Part shown: piece by piece, positions 22,270 through 30,040 of the stretch | Layout of the letters: the number at the start of each line of letters is the position of its first letter | Numbering within the stretch: position 1 is the first letter of the stretch | Source: Ferroglobus placidus DSM 10642 | Lineage (GTDB): Archaea > Halobacteriota > Archaeoglobi > Archaeoglobales > Archaeoglobaceae | DNA: 32,000 nucleotides | Assembly: GCF_000025505.1 (NCBI RefSeq) | Contig: NC_013849.1 | Coordinates: 2,100,001 to 2,132,000, forward strand | Reading direction: 5' to 3' | Made by a program: the position numbers and the translations under genes | The notes under the pieces: model-generated | Database searches by the model: none | What the model saw: the letters and a program-made list of their open reading frames with translations, nothing else | Told to the model about the DNA's origin: nothing

Positions 22270-25251
22270 CTACTTTCTTCTTCCAATCAGATAAACAACC
22301 GCAAGCAGGCCGAGCAAAGTTAAGCCCGCTTCAAATCCGGGAGTTGGAGCTGGTCCTGTCTGAATCGGGGTTGGTGTGCTCTCTATCTGCTCTTCCGGAG
22401 TTTCTGCTGGAACGATTGTTTCTCCGGGAGTTGGCGTCGCAATTTTCTCGCTATCTTCAGGAACGAACGTTGTTATCGTTTCCACAGGAACCGCCATCTC
22501 CCCTGACCTTCCACAGCATATCTTGAATCTCGCTGAGTTATCACCTGTAACCTGATCAAACACAAGCTCGATTCCCTGCTGGGTTATGCTCTGCCCTGCT
22601 GAAAGCTGTTGCGAGGCGACAAGATTTCCAGAGGAGTCGTAGATTGAAACCTTAACGTTGTTGTTTGCGTAATCAACATTGTCAAGAACTACTGTGTAAT
22701 CTCCACACTGATACTTTTCTCCAATTTTGAGGTTCAGTTCCTTCCAGTCTTCACAGACTGGTTTTTCACCACCACAGCAAACTGAGAACACAGCCTTGTT
22801 ATCCCCAGTAATCATGGACAGCTTGATCTTCGCACTTCCTTCAGTTGCGAAATCTCCTATTCCAAGGGTGTGGGTTGAGAGCAGGTTTCCTGAGGAATCG
22901 TATATTGCTATGGTGACCTTTTGATTTCCGTAGTCCACGTTCTGAAGCTCGAAGTAATAATCTCCGCACTGATACTTCTGTCCGATTATCGCCTCAACTC
23001 TCTTTTCAACACACTCAACCTGTGCTTCCTCACAGCATATCTTGAATTTTGCTGAGTTGTCTCCGGTTATCTCTGCAAGAACAAGATTGGGCTGAGAGAT
23101 GCTGTCACCAAGGGAGAGCTCGTAAATACCCATCAGGTTTCCTGCTGAGTCGTAAACAGCAACCTTCACCTTCTGACTGTTATAGTCAACGTTGTCAAGA
23201 ACTATTGTGTATTTTCCGCACTGGTATTTTTCACCAATCTTCAAATCAAGCTCTTTCCAGTTCTCGCACGCAGGAGAAGGCATGGCTTCTTCACAGCAAA
23301 CCTCGAAAACAACCGTGTTCTCGGACGTCTCTGTCAGCTTTATCGTAAACCCTCCAACAACGAGCGTTTGTCCAAGGTTGACGGAGTAAGTTCCCACGAG
23401 CTGACTGTTCTCGTAAACTGTAACAGTTGCAAACCCTGTTGGAGAAATCCTTTCAACGTAGAAAACGTAATCTCCGCACTGATATTTTTCTCCTGGTTGA
23501 AGCTTCACTATCTGCGGTTTCTCACAGACAGGCTTTGAAACCTCTGGACAGAACCACCCTATAGCAAGGAATCCTGAGACGACGTTATGCTCGTCCTCAA
23601 CGCTCGCAGTGATTACATGCTGACCAGCCTGAACATTGGCTTCGAACTTCTTCAGCTGGGTGAAGCCCTTGTAAACCTTGTATGAATCAACCAGGTTTCC
23701 ATCGAGGAACAAATCGAGACCGTCATCGGCGGTGTAGTAAAGCACTATCTTTCCGCTCGACGGTGCGTTGAACTTCAGTGTAGCCTTAAAGTCTCCGTAG
23801 CCCTGTGGATAGTTGTGGTTCTGGTTAACGTATGGGGTTATCCAGTTGGCAATCGAGCCAACCTCTGGGCCTGAATACCATCCAGGATACGGTGGGACCA
23901 CGTAGGCGGTCATTCCCTCAACTTCCCAGTCCACTGGGTCGTTTACGGAATCTTCTGCAACCCCGAAAGCATCAGGAATGAAGTTTCCGGTTGTGCCTGT
24001 GCTGAGGTCGATTATCCCCTCACAGTCCGGAATCTCAATACCTTTCGTTTCTTGCTGGCTGCAGTCTATGACAAAAAACTTGCCTCCGTAAGCGTAATCA
24101 CGCTGGTTGATTTCCTGAATGTATATCTGGTAAGTTCCTGGGGACAAATTTGCAGGAATGGTCCATGTGTATTGCCCTGAATTGTGTATTCCGGAAGCTA
24201 TCGGGGTCATTGCCAGACTGAGAGTATCCACCAAGAAAAGGTCAACCCTCCAATCCTCATCTCCTCCAGTCCACTCAATGACTATCTCATCTCCAGCGCA
24301 GAAGCTCTCTCCCTCTGCAGGCTTAACAACAACGAGCTTTTCAGGCTTTAATTCCGGAGTAGTATCAGGTCCTGCTGCTATGATGTATGTAAGAGGATAC
24401 TTGTCGACGAGGTAGCCAGCGTTGAACGGCTGGTCGCACAGTCCATCAACGTCAGCATCAACACACAGGTCGCTGTATCCGTTGCCAGAGGGCGTGCTGT
24501 AGAAGTTACCACCAAGGTAGGGACCACCAATTATGTTGGTTCCGGGCGTTTTTTGTATGTTCAGATGCACATTTTCGAGGTTAGCAGGATCAGTTGCTGG
24601 ATTGGATGCAAGCCCTCCAATGTTCTGATGATTTTTGAGATAATTGTTGTAAATGTAGACGTTTTTCAACCCAATTACTGGCCAGTCCCCGTCAAAAACC
24701 GTGTATCTCGCAGTGTAAATCCCAATGTTACATCCAGTCACCCTGTTGCCTACAATTTCTGACGCATGAGTGTTTGCAATCTTTATGCCCACATCTGAAT
24801 TTCTAACTTCATTTTCGTAAATGAGTACGTTATCTGAAAATTCAACATGAATGCCCATTGAGAGAGAGTCAGTCACAACAGACTTGCTAACAGCTACTCC
24901 CTGGGCCCCCCTAATGTGTATGCCGGTATCAAAACCTTCAACCACAATGTTCTGGATAGAAACGTTTTTGATCGTGTTTGCGTAGCTGTAAACTGGATTC
25001 TGATTGACGACAAATATCCCAACTCCATCGTTCCCGGAAATTTTGTGCCCCTTACCGTCAAGAGTTACGTGGTCTGAAGTAATCAAAATGCAAGTCCCAG
25101 AAGCGGAGATGTCGCTGGCAAGTTCGTAGTATCCCGGAGAGTTGATAATTGTACATGTGCTTATCTGCGCTCCGAGAGCGGTTTGAATCAAACCTAATAG
25201 CAGCAAAAGCGACGCGAACTTTATTATCAACTTTCTTTCCACTTTTACCAC
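22270..25251 (-). CDS. secreted surface (S-layer-type) protein: signal peptide, parallel beta-helix, Ig-like and PA14-like domains, 4 Cys-containing tandem modules, Thr/Pro/Glu linker, PGF-CTERM anchor
   Basis: N-terminal KFASLLLLLGLIQTALGA signal. PbH1-type repeats (GIHIRGAQG, MGIHVEFSDNV, VGIKIANTHAS, IGIYTARY). A YYTADDGLDLFLDGNLV PA14-like block. C-terminal PTPGFEAGLTLLGLLAVVYLIGRRK. The start may be the GTG at 25242, which follows GGTGGT. Confidence 0.8.
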   Translation of the reverse strand: MVKVERKLIIKFASLLLLLGLIQTALGAQISTCTIINSPGYYELASDISASGTCILITSDHVTLDGKGHKISGNDGVGIFVVNQNPVYSYANTIKNVSIQNIVVEGFDTGIHIRGAQGVAVSKSVVTDSLSMGIHVEFSDNVLIYENEVRNSDVGIKIANTHASEIVGNRVTGCNIGIYTARYTVFDGDWPVIGLKNVYIYNNYLKNHQNIGGLASNPATDPANLENVHLNIQKTPGTNIIGGPYLGGNFYSTPSGNGYSDLCVDADVDGLCDQPFNAGYLVDKYPLTYIIAAGPDTTPELKPEKLVVVKPAEGESFCAGDEIVIEWTGGDEDWRVDLFLVDTLSLAMTPIASGIHNSGQYTWTIPANLSPGTYQIYIQEINQRDYAYGGKFFVIDCSQQETKGIEIPDCEGIIDLSTGTTGNFIPDAFGVAEDSVNDPVDWEVEGMTAYVVPPYPGWYSGPEVGSIANWITPYVNQNHNYPQGYGDFKATLKFNAPSSGKIVLYYTADDGLDLFLDGNLVDSYKVYKGFTQLKKFEANVQAGQHVITASVEDEHNVVSGFLAIGWFCPEVSKPVCEKPQIVKLQPGEKYQCGDYVFYVERISPTGFATVTVYENSQLVGTYSVNLGQTLVVGGFTIKLTETSENTVVFEVCCEEAMPSPACENWKELDLKIGEKYQCGKYTIVLDNVDYNSQKVKVAVYDSAGNLMGIYELSLGDSISQPNLVLAEITGDNSAKFKICCEEAQVECVEKRVEAIIGQKYQCGDYYFELQNVDYGNQKVTIAIYDSSGNLLSTHTLGIGDFATEGSAKIKLSMITGDNKAVFSVCCGGEKPVCEDWKELNLKIGEKYQCGDYTVVLDNVDYANNNVKVSIYDSSGNLVASQQLSAGQSITQQGIELVFDQVTGDNSARFKICCGRSGEMAVPVETITTFVPEDSEKIATPTPGETIVPAETPEEQIESTPTPIQTGPAPTPGFEAGLTLLGLLAVVYLIGRRK
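22513..23547 (-). repeat. four in-frame tandem repeats of ~255-264 bp (85-88 aa modules) inside the surface-protein gene
   Basis: Each module reads xVCExxx...G(E/Q)KYQCG(D/K)Y...VxVY(D/E)xxGNL...TGDN/SENxxxFxxCC. I mapped the boundaries by residue counting from the C-terminus (aa 569-913). Confidence 0.85.
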
Positions 25252-25321
25252 CTACTTTATACAGATCTTTGATTTAGAATTTTTAACCAATATTTAAAAT
25301 TTTCCCCAAAACTTTTTTGAT

Positions 25322-25393
25322 TTTGTTAACTTATTCTTAATTAAAGTTCGATTTTTGTTAAGTTTTTGAAATATTTTTCAAAATATTTGTTAA
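25322..25393. promoter_or_regulatory. three TTTGTTAA motifs at an exact 32-bp spacing in the AT-rich divergent promoter region
   Basis: Copies at 25322-25329, 25354-25361 and 25386-25393. The first two share the extended GATTTT(T)GTTAA. They lie in the 286-bp intergenic region upstream of the surface-protein gene. Confidence 0.4.
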
Positions 25394-25537
25394 ATCCTTT
25401 TAAATAATTTTAGTAAAAATTTTTATTACTTAACCTAAATTTAAATTATTTGGTTCTAAAAGTTTAAAAATTGATCGCCATCAGGAATGTTTTTTAGAAT
25501 TTTTATACGCGTGATTTAGGAGGACAAGCATAAATAT

Positions 25538-26170
25538 ATGAGCGTCGAGCATAGGAACATGAAGCTACTCTCACTTGAAGACGGCGTTAAAGCTGTGAAG
25601 CTTGCGAGGGAAGCTATTGAAACTTATCTGAGGACTGGGAAAAAAATAAACAAAAGGCTGGGAGGTGTTTTTGCTGAGAAGAGAGGTGTTTTCACGACTT
25701 TAAACAAGCACCGCATGCTTAGAGGATGCATAGGATTTCCTTACCCTATAAAGAGGCTCGACGAAGCGATAATTGAGTCGGCAATAGCCGCAGCTACGGA
25801 AGATCCGAGGTTTCCACCGGTGAAGCTTGAGGAGATGGACGAAATAGAGGTGGAGGTGACGATTCTAACACCTCCGGAGAAGGTTGAAGTTGAGGACAGA
25901 ACTGAGCTGCCCAAGAAAATTGAAGTAGGTAGGCACGGTTTGCTTATTAAAAGAGGTTTTTACAGCGGTCTTCTCCTTCCTCAGGTGGCTGTGGAGTACA
26001 ACTTCGACGCTGAAGAATTTTTAACGCAAACTTGTTTAAAAGCGGGTCTTTCTCCTGACTGCTGGTTGCTCGAAGACACGGAAGTTTACGTCTTCGAAGG
26101 GCAGATATTTGCCGAAAAGGAGCCGAGAGGAGAGGTCGTCGAGGTGGACATTAAATCGTGCAAGCTATGA
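25538..26170 (+). CDS. AMMECR1-domain protein
   Basis: [10 protein letters not shown] motif, and the PRFPP, ISLL-like and HGLLI blocks typical of AMMECR1. Confidence 0.85.
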   Translation: MSVEHRNMKLLSLEDGVKAVKLAREAIETYLRTGKKINKRLGGVFAEKRGVFTTLNKHRMLRGCIGFPYPIKRLDEAIIESAIAAATEDPRFPPVKLEEMDEIEVEVTILTPPEKVEVEDRTELPKKIEVGRHGLLIKRGFYSGLLLPQVAVEYNFDAEEFLTQTCLKAGLSPDCWLLEDTEVYVFEGQIFAEKEPRGEVVEVDIKSCKL

Positions 26171-26556
26171 TCCTCAAGCCTATCGGAGTAATCAGATCGA
26201 AGTACAAAAGCAGAAGGGAAGCTCCGAGGCAGGGAAGAACGAGCGAAGAAGTTAGCGTTATAGAAGTGTATGAAGAATTCGCCGAAGGCTTGGAAGGAAT
26301 CGAAAGGTTTGAGAAAATAATAGTCCTTTACTGGATGCACGAATCGAGGAGAGACGTTATAAGAGCGAAACCTCCGGGAGGAAATGAGAGAGGAGTTTTT
26401 TCTACTCGCTCTCCGGAAAGACCGAATCCGATAGGTTTTTCCGTTTGCAAGCTGCTCAAAGTCGAGGGGAGAAAAATATACGTTAAATGGCTCGACGCCA
26501 TCGACGGAACTCCTCTCATCGACATAAAGCCGTTTATAGAGGAGATAGACTGCTGA
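26167..26556 (+). CDS. TsaA/YaeB-family tRNA methyltransferase (TrmO-like)
   Basis: [11 protein letters not shown]...APRQG...[13 protein letters not shown]...[11 protein letters not shown] are the characteristic TrmO blocks. The ATG overlaps the AMMECR1 stop (ATGA). Confidence 0.8.
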   Translation: MILKPIGVIRSKYKSRREAPRQGRTSEEVSVIEVYEEFAEGLEGIERFEKIIVLYWMHESRRDVIRAKPPGGNERGVFSTRSPERPNPIGFSVCKLLKVEGRKIYVKWLDAIDGTPLIDIKPFIEEIDC

Positions 26557-26560
26557 TTTT

Positions 26561-28636
26561 TTAAATCGACCCTATTTTGGCTGCAAGCTTCGCGAGAACT
26601 TCTTTTCTCTTTGCGGCTATGAACTTAATGCTCCCAACGACGAGGTGTCCTCCCCCATCGACTCCGGCGTTAACCTCCTCTCTAAGCTCTCTCACGAGTC
26701 TTGGAATGTCCAGCATGACTCCCTCGCTCCTTATAACTGCGAAGTCGGGTCCGTAGCCGATAGTCACTATCCTCTCGTACTTCTGCTTTAATCTGTCGTG
26801 CACTTCTCCGGTAAGCTTTCCGGGAGGTGGAAACTCGAATCTCTTAGCGTAGTTTTCCACGTCCAAAGCAGCTAAGGCTATACCATTGGGCAAAATCTGC
26901 ACTTTGACGCTTTCCATAGCGGTCTTCACTTGCTCTTCTATGCTCTTCATCGCATACTCGTAAAGCATTTCCACGAGCTTTATTTGTCTGTCTTTCCTTC
27001 CGAATCCGAGTATCTCGTGCATTATCTGGCTCGCAGGTCTGAATCTCAGGAAGAATCCTTCGTACTCCACAGCCAAGACGACTTTCTTCAGGAACTCCAC
27101 GTCAGCCTTAGCGACTTCGATGTACTTCTCCACCTCTCCCTCAGCCCTATCCCCTACGACGCTTATAGCTGCAAGATGCTCGAAATTTCTGTCGCTGATC
27201 ATCCTCGCTATTTCAACGCAAAGGACGCCAGAGGTGTAGTTGCTGTCTCCTCCAGCTTTGTAAGGATTTACGTGGTAAAGCAAGTACTTATCGACTTCCT
27301 CGTCCGGAAAGTGGTGGTCTATCGTTATTACGTCTGCTCCGAATGCTAAGAACTGCCTTATAGCCGGGATGTCTTCGTGTCCAGATCCGTTGTCAACCAA
27401 AACGACGAGGGGAATCTTGTCTCCAAATTTTTCCGCATCGTCAAGAGATTCGTCTAAATCTTTAACGACGTCTTCAAGCTCGTAGAAAGGGGCTCTCGAA
27501 ACTCTCCTCCTAACGAGGTAATTTTTCGCATCTGGGTCGGGATGGTTCTTTTCCACGTAATCCTTCAAGGCAATTTCCAAAGCGACTCCTCCGCAAACTC
27601 CGTCGGCATCCCAGTGGTGACGAATTACAACTGGTCTCGATTCGAGAATCGCTTTCCTCAACTCTTTAGCTACTGCAAGCATGGTATCTTTTAAATTTTC
27701 GAGGACTTCGCTTTCTATTAGAAAACCTTTGAATTCCGGCTCGCTCCTTCTCTCTATCTCGCTTTCTATCGCTTTTTTTATTCCGTAAGCCTCTTCTCCA
27801 AGCAGCCTTTCCATCTCGTAAACTTCCATCTGAAGCTTCGTTTCCCTTCTCTTTATAACTCCTATAGCTCTAACGACGTCTCCAACGTTTATTTCCGGAT
27901 ACGCTCTATCCCCGTCTTCGAAAGCTGCCGCGTTTATAGCTGAGCTTTCGTCGACTATCGTGAAAATTGTCGGTCCGGCAGTTAGCTTGATGTGCGTAAC
28001 GAGCCCCCTTATTTCGACGATCTTGCCTATGTTCTTCTCCGCTTCCGAAATCGGAATCGTCTTAACCTGCTTCGAAACCTCCACGACTTCGTAGGAATCC
28101 ATCGGATGCAATTCGAGGTCTATTTCTCCGGAAGGTCTTATCGAGGTAACCTTCACAGTCACTTCATCTCCTTCGTTCAGGTAAGCATTTTTCAAGTTCT
28201 TTTTGTGAATGAGTCCCTTCAGCCTTTTGTTGAGCTGTACGAAGGCACCTATGTCTGTTAAGCTGACGACTTTCCCGACGTAAACTCTGTTGAGCCTTAT
28301 GTCTTCTATTCCGCAGCTGTTCCTTAAAAGATAAGCGTGCGGCTTCTTTCTGCACTCGTTGCACAGGTCGGAGGAGCCTACAATTTGCTTTCCGCAGATT
28401 TTGCACTTGCTCGACTTTCCGCTTCCCTTGCAAGCGTCGCAAACTACGAGCCTCGTTCTTTCACCGCTTCCCTTGCAAACCCCGCAAATACCTTTTGCGA
28501 AAAGCTGAAGCTGTTCTGAGGTTAGCTCTGCTGTAAGCCTCGGGTTGAAGCTCTTCGCTTTACCGCTTCCCTCGCAGATGTTGCAGACTTCCTTTACCTC
28601 GATATATCCCTTGCCGCCACACTTGGGACAGCTCAT
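26561..28636 (-). CDS. RecJ-like DHH/DHHA1 phosphoesterase (archaeal RecJ/Cdc45 family) with N-terminal zinc fingers, S1 and OB-fold domains
   Basis: Four CxxCxGxG repeats (CPKCGGKG, CNICEGSG, CGVCKGSG, CDACKGSG) plus a CKIC...CNEC ribbon. An S1-like VGKVVSLTDIGAFVQL segment and an OB-like GKIVEIRGLVTHIK segment. DHH motifs HWDADG, LVDNGSG and ITIDHH, and a DHHA1 GGGH. Confidence 0.8.
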   Translation of the reverse strand: MSCPKCGGKGYIEVKEVCNICEGSGKAKSFNPRLTAELTSEQLQLFAKGICGVCKGSGERTRLVVCDACKGSGKSSKCKICGKQIVGSSDLCNECRKKPHAYLLRNSCGIEDIRLNRVYVGKVVSLTDIGAFVQLNKRLKGLIHKKNLKNAYLNEGDEVTVKVTSIRPSGEIDLELHPMDSYEVVEVSKQVKTIPISEAEKNIGKIVEIRGLVTHIKLTAGPTIFTIVDESSAINAAAFEDGDRAYPEINVGDVVRAIGVIKRRETKLQMEVYEMERLLGEEAYGIKKAIESEIERRSEPEFKGFLIESEVLENLKDTMLAVAKELRKAILESRPVVIRHHWDADGVCGGVALEIALKDYVEKNHPDPDAKNYLVRRRVSRAPFYELEDVVKDLDESLDDAEKFGDKIPLVVLVDNGSGHEDIPAIRQFLAFGADVITIDHHFPDEEVDKYLLYHVNPYKAGGDSNYTSGVLCVEIARMISDRNFEHLAAISVVGDRAEGEVEKYIEVAKADVEFLKKVVLAVEYEGFFLRFRPASQIMHEILGFGRKDRQIKLVEMLYEYAMKSIEEQVKTAMESVKVQILPNGIALAALDVENYAKRFEFPPPGKLTGEVHDRLKQKYERIVTIGYGPDFAVIRSEGVMLDIPRLVRELREEVNAGVDGGGHLVVGSIKFIAAKRKEVLAKLAAKIGSI

Positions 28637-28716
28637 CTCAGGTTCAAATTTCCGGAGGGGAATTTTAAAGATTACCTCAATGCGAAAGCTTATAAATTCT
28701 CGGGAAGATTAACATT

Positions 28717-29031
28717 GTGAAAATGGGTTTGAAATCGCCTTGCGAAGAAGTAGCTTTGAAGGTTCTTCCGATGATAAGAGGTGAGCTGGCGAGAGAGCTC
28801 GTGGAGAGAGGATTAAGTAAGAAGGAGGTAGCCGAGATTCTCGGAGTTACCGTCGCTGCGATAAGTCAGTACACTAAGGGTAAGAGGGGCGTTCTAAAAG
28901 ACGAGAGGATTCGGGAGAACATAAAAGATCTCGCGGAGGAAATCGTCAGCGGTAAAATTAAGGGGGACGATCTAAGCAGGAAGATTTGCGAAATCTGCGG
29001 AATGATTAGAAAGAATGCTGAGCAGTCTTAA
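28717..29031 (+). CDS. HTH (XRE/Cro-like) transcriptional regulator
   Basis: LSKKEVAEILGVTVAAISQYTKGKRG helix-turn-helix. The start is GTG at 28717 or ATG at 28723. The 3' end overlaps the next gene by 17 nt. Confidence 0.6.
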   Translation: MKMGLKSPCEEVALKVLPMIRGELARELVERGLSKKEVAEILGVTVAAISQYTKGKRGVLKDERIRENIKDLAEEIVSGKIKGDDLSRKICEICGMIRKNAEQS

Positions 29032-29584
29032 AGATAAGATCAGCGACCTCTTAAAGCCGATAACGAAGATCGTATCGAAAACCGGGATAAGTCCGAACAC
29101 TTTAACGCTTCTCGGATTAATCGCGGGATTCGCAGCCTCCTATTTCGTTGCTTTCGGAGGAAAAGTCGAGGCTCTCTTAGCCGTTATCGTAGCTTCTCTT
29201 TTCGATCTGCTGGATGGAGCTTTAGCGAGAAACGAAGGGATGAAAACAGCAAGAGGGGGTTTTCTCGATTCCGTCTTCGATAGGTACGTGGATGCAGCTT
29301 TAATCCTCGCTCTCGGAATTAGAGTCGATGAGATTTTTCTGGCTGCGATAGCTTTGGTGGGAGCTTACATGGTAAGCTATACGAGGGCGAGAGCTGAAAA
29401 GGAGATAGAGAAGTGTGACGTTGGAATTGCCGAGAGAGGAGAAAGAATAATTATTATTCTTGTCGGAATCGCTTTCTCTCTCGAATACTACGCTTTGATA
29501 GCCTTAGCAATCCTGTCGCATCTAACAGCTCTCCACAGAATAATTTACGCCTACGGGAAAATCAAAGAAAAGGAGTCAGGCTGA
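29015..29584 (+). CDS. CDP-alcohol phosphatidyltransferase (size and context fit an archaetidylinositol-phosphate synthase-type enzyme)
   Basis: DLLDGALARNEGMKTARGGFLDSVFDRYVD matches Dx2DGx2ARx8Gx3Dx3D. The protein is 189 aa and polytopic. Confidence 0.8.
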   Translation: MLSSLKDKISDLLKPITKIVSKTGISPNTLTLLGLIAGFAASYFVAFGGKVEALLAVIVASLFDLLDGALARNEGMKTARGGFLDSVFDRYVDAALILALGIRVDEIFLAAIALVGAYMVSYTRARAEKEIEKCDVGIAERGERIIIILVGIAFSLEYYALIALAILSHLTALHRIIYAYGKIKEKESG

Positions 29585-29959
29585 GCGCATTCTAAACTTT
29601 ACGAGGTATTCGATTCCGAGCTTTTGAACGTCCTCCTTCAAGCTTAAGATTTCGTTTTCGAGTTCCTCCATCGAGTCGAGTCTTGCTTTCGCTTCGAGAT
29701 TCTTCAAGAGGTAAAGAGACCTCATTATCTCGTCTTTTAGCAGAGGGCAGTTGAAACACCTCTCCAAATTCTCTTTGATAAAGTTCACCTTCCTCCTCAT
29801 CGATTTAACACTTCTCACGAGATCGTCCTCTTCCTCTCTCTTAAATCTTGCACAGTCAACGCAGTAATTCACCGCTACGTCAAAACAATTCTCGCAAATA
29901 TATCTGTAGCATCTCGGACAAATTGTTACAGCTTTCTCACCACAAATTTCGCACTCCAT
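29576..29959 (-). CDS. cysteine-rich zinc-finger protein with C-terminal coiled coil (hypothetical)
   Basis: Four CxxC pairs in the first 40 aa (CEIC, CPRC, CENC, CVDC), followed by a helical charged tail. Confidence 0.5.
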   Translation of the reverse strand: MECEICGEKAVTICPRCYRYICENCFDVAVNYCVDCARFKREEEDDLVRSVKSMRRKVNFIKENLERCFNCPLLKDEIMRSLYLLKNLEAKARLDSMEELENEILSLKEDVQKLGIEYLVKFRMRSA

Positions 29960-30040
29960 CTTAAATTTCTCATCAAGCTACCTTCATAAAAAAGAATCGG
30001 TAACGACATGTTTTTATTTCCCTACGCTTTTCCGCTTTGC

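Noticed and set aside
22513-23547. Regularly spaced ~255-bp DNA repeats, and the 2x10-nt AATAAAAATA tandem at 8723-8742, as a possible CRISPR or other array
   Set aside because: The 255-bp repeats are in-frame protein modules of the surface-protein gene. The 10-nt tandem has only two copies and forms a T-rich terminator-like tract. Nothing in the window has CRISPR repeat-spacer structure.
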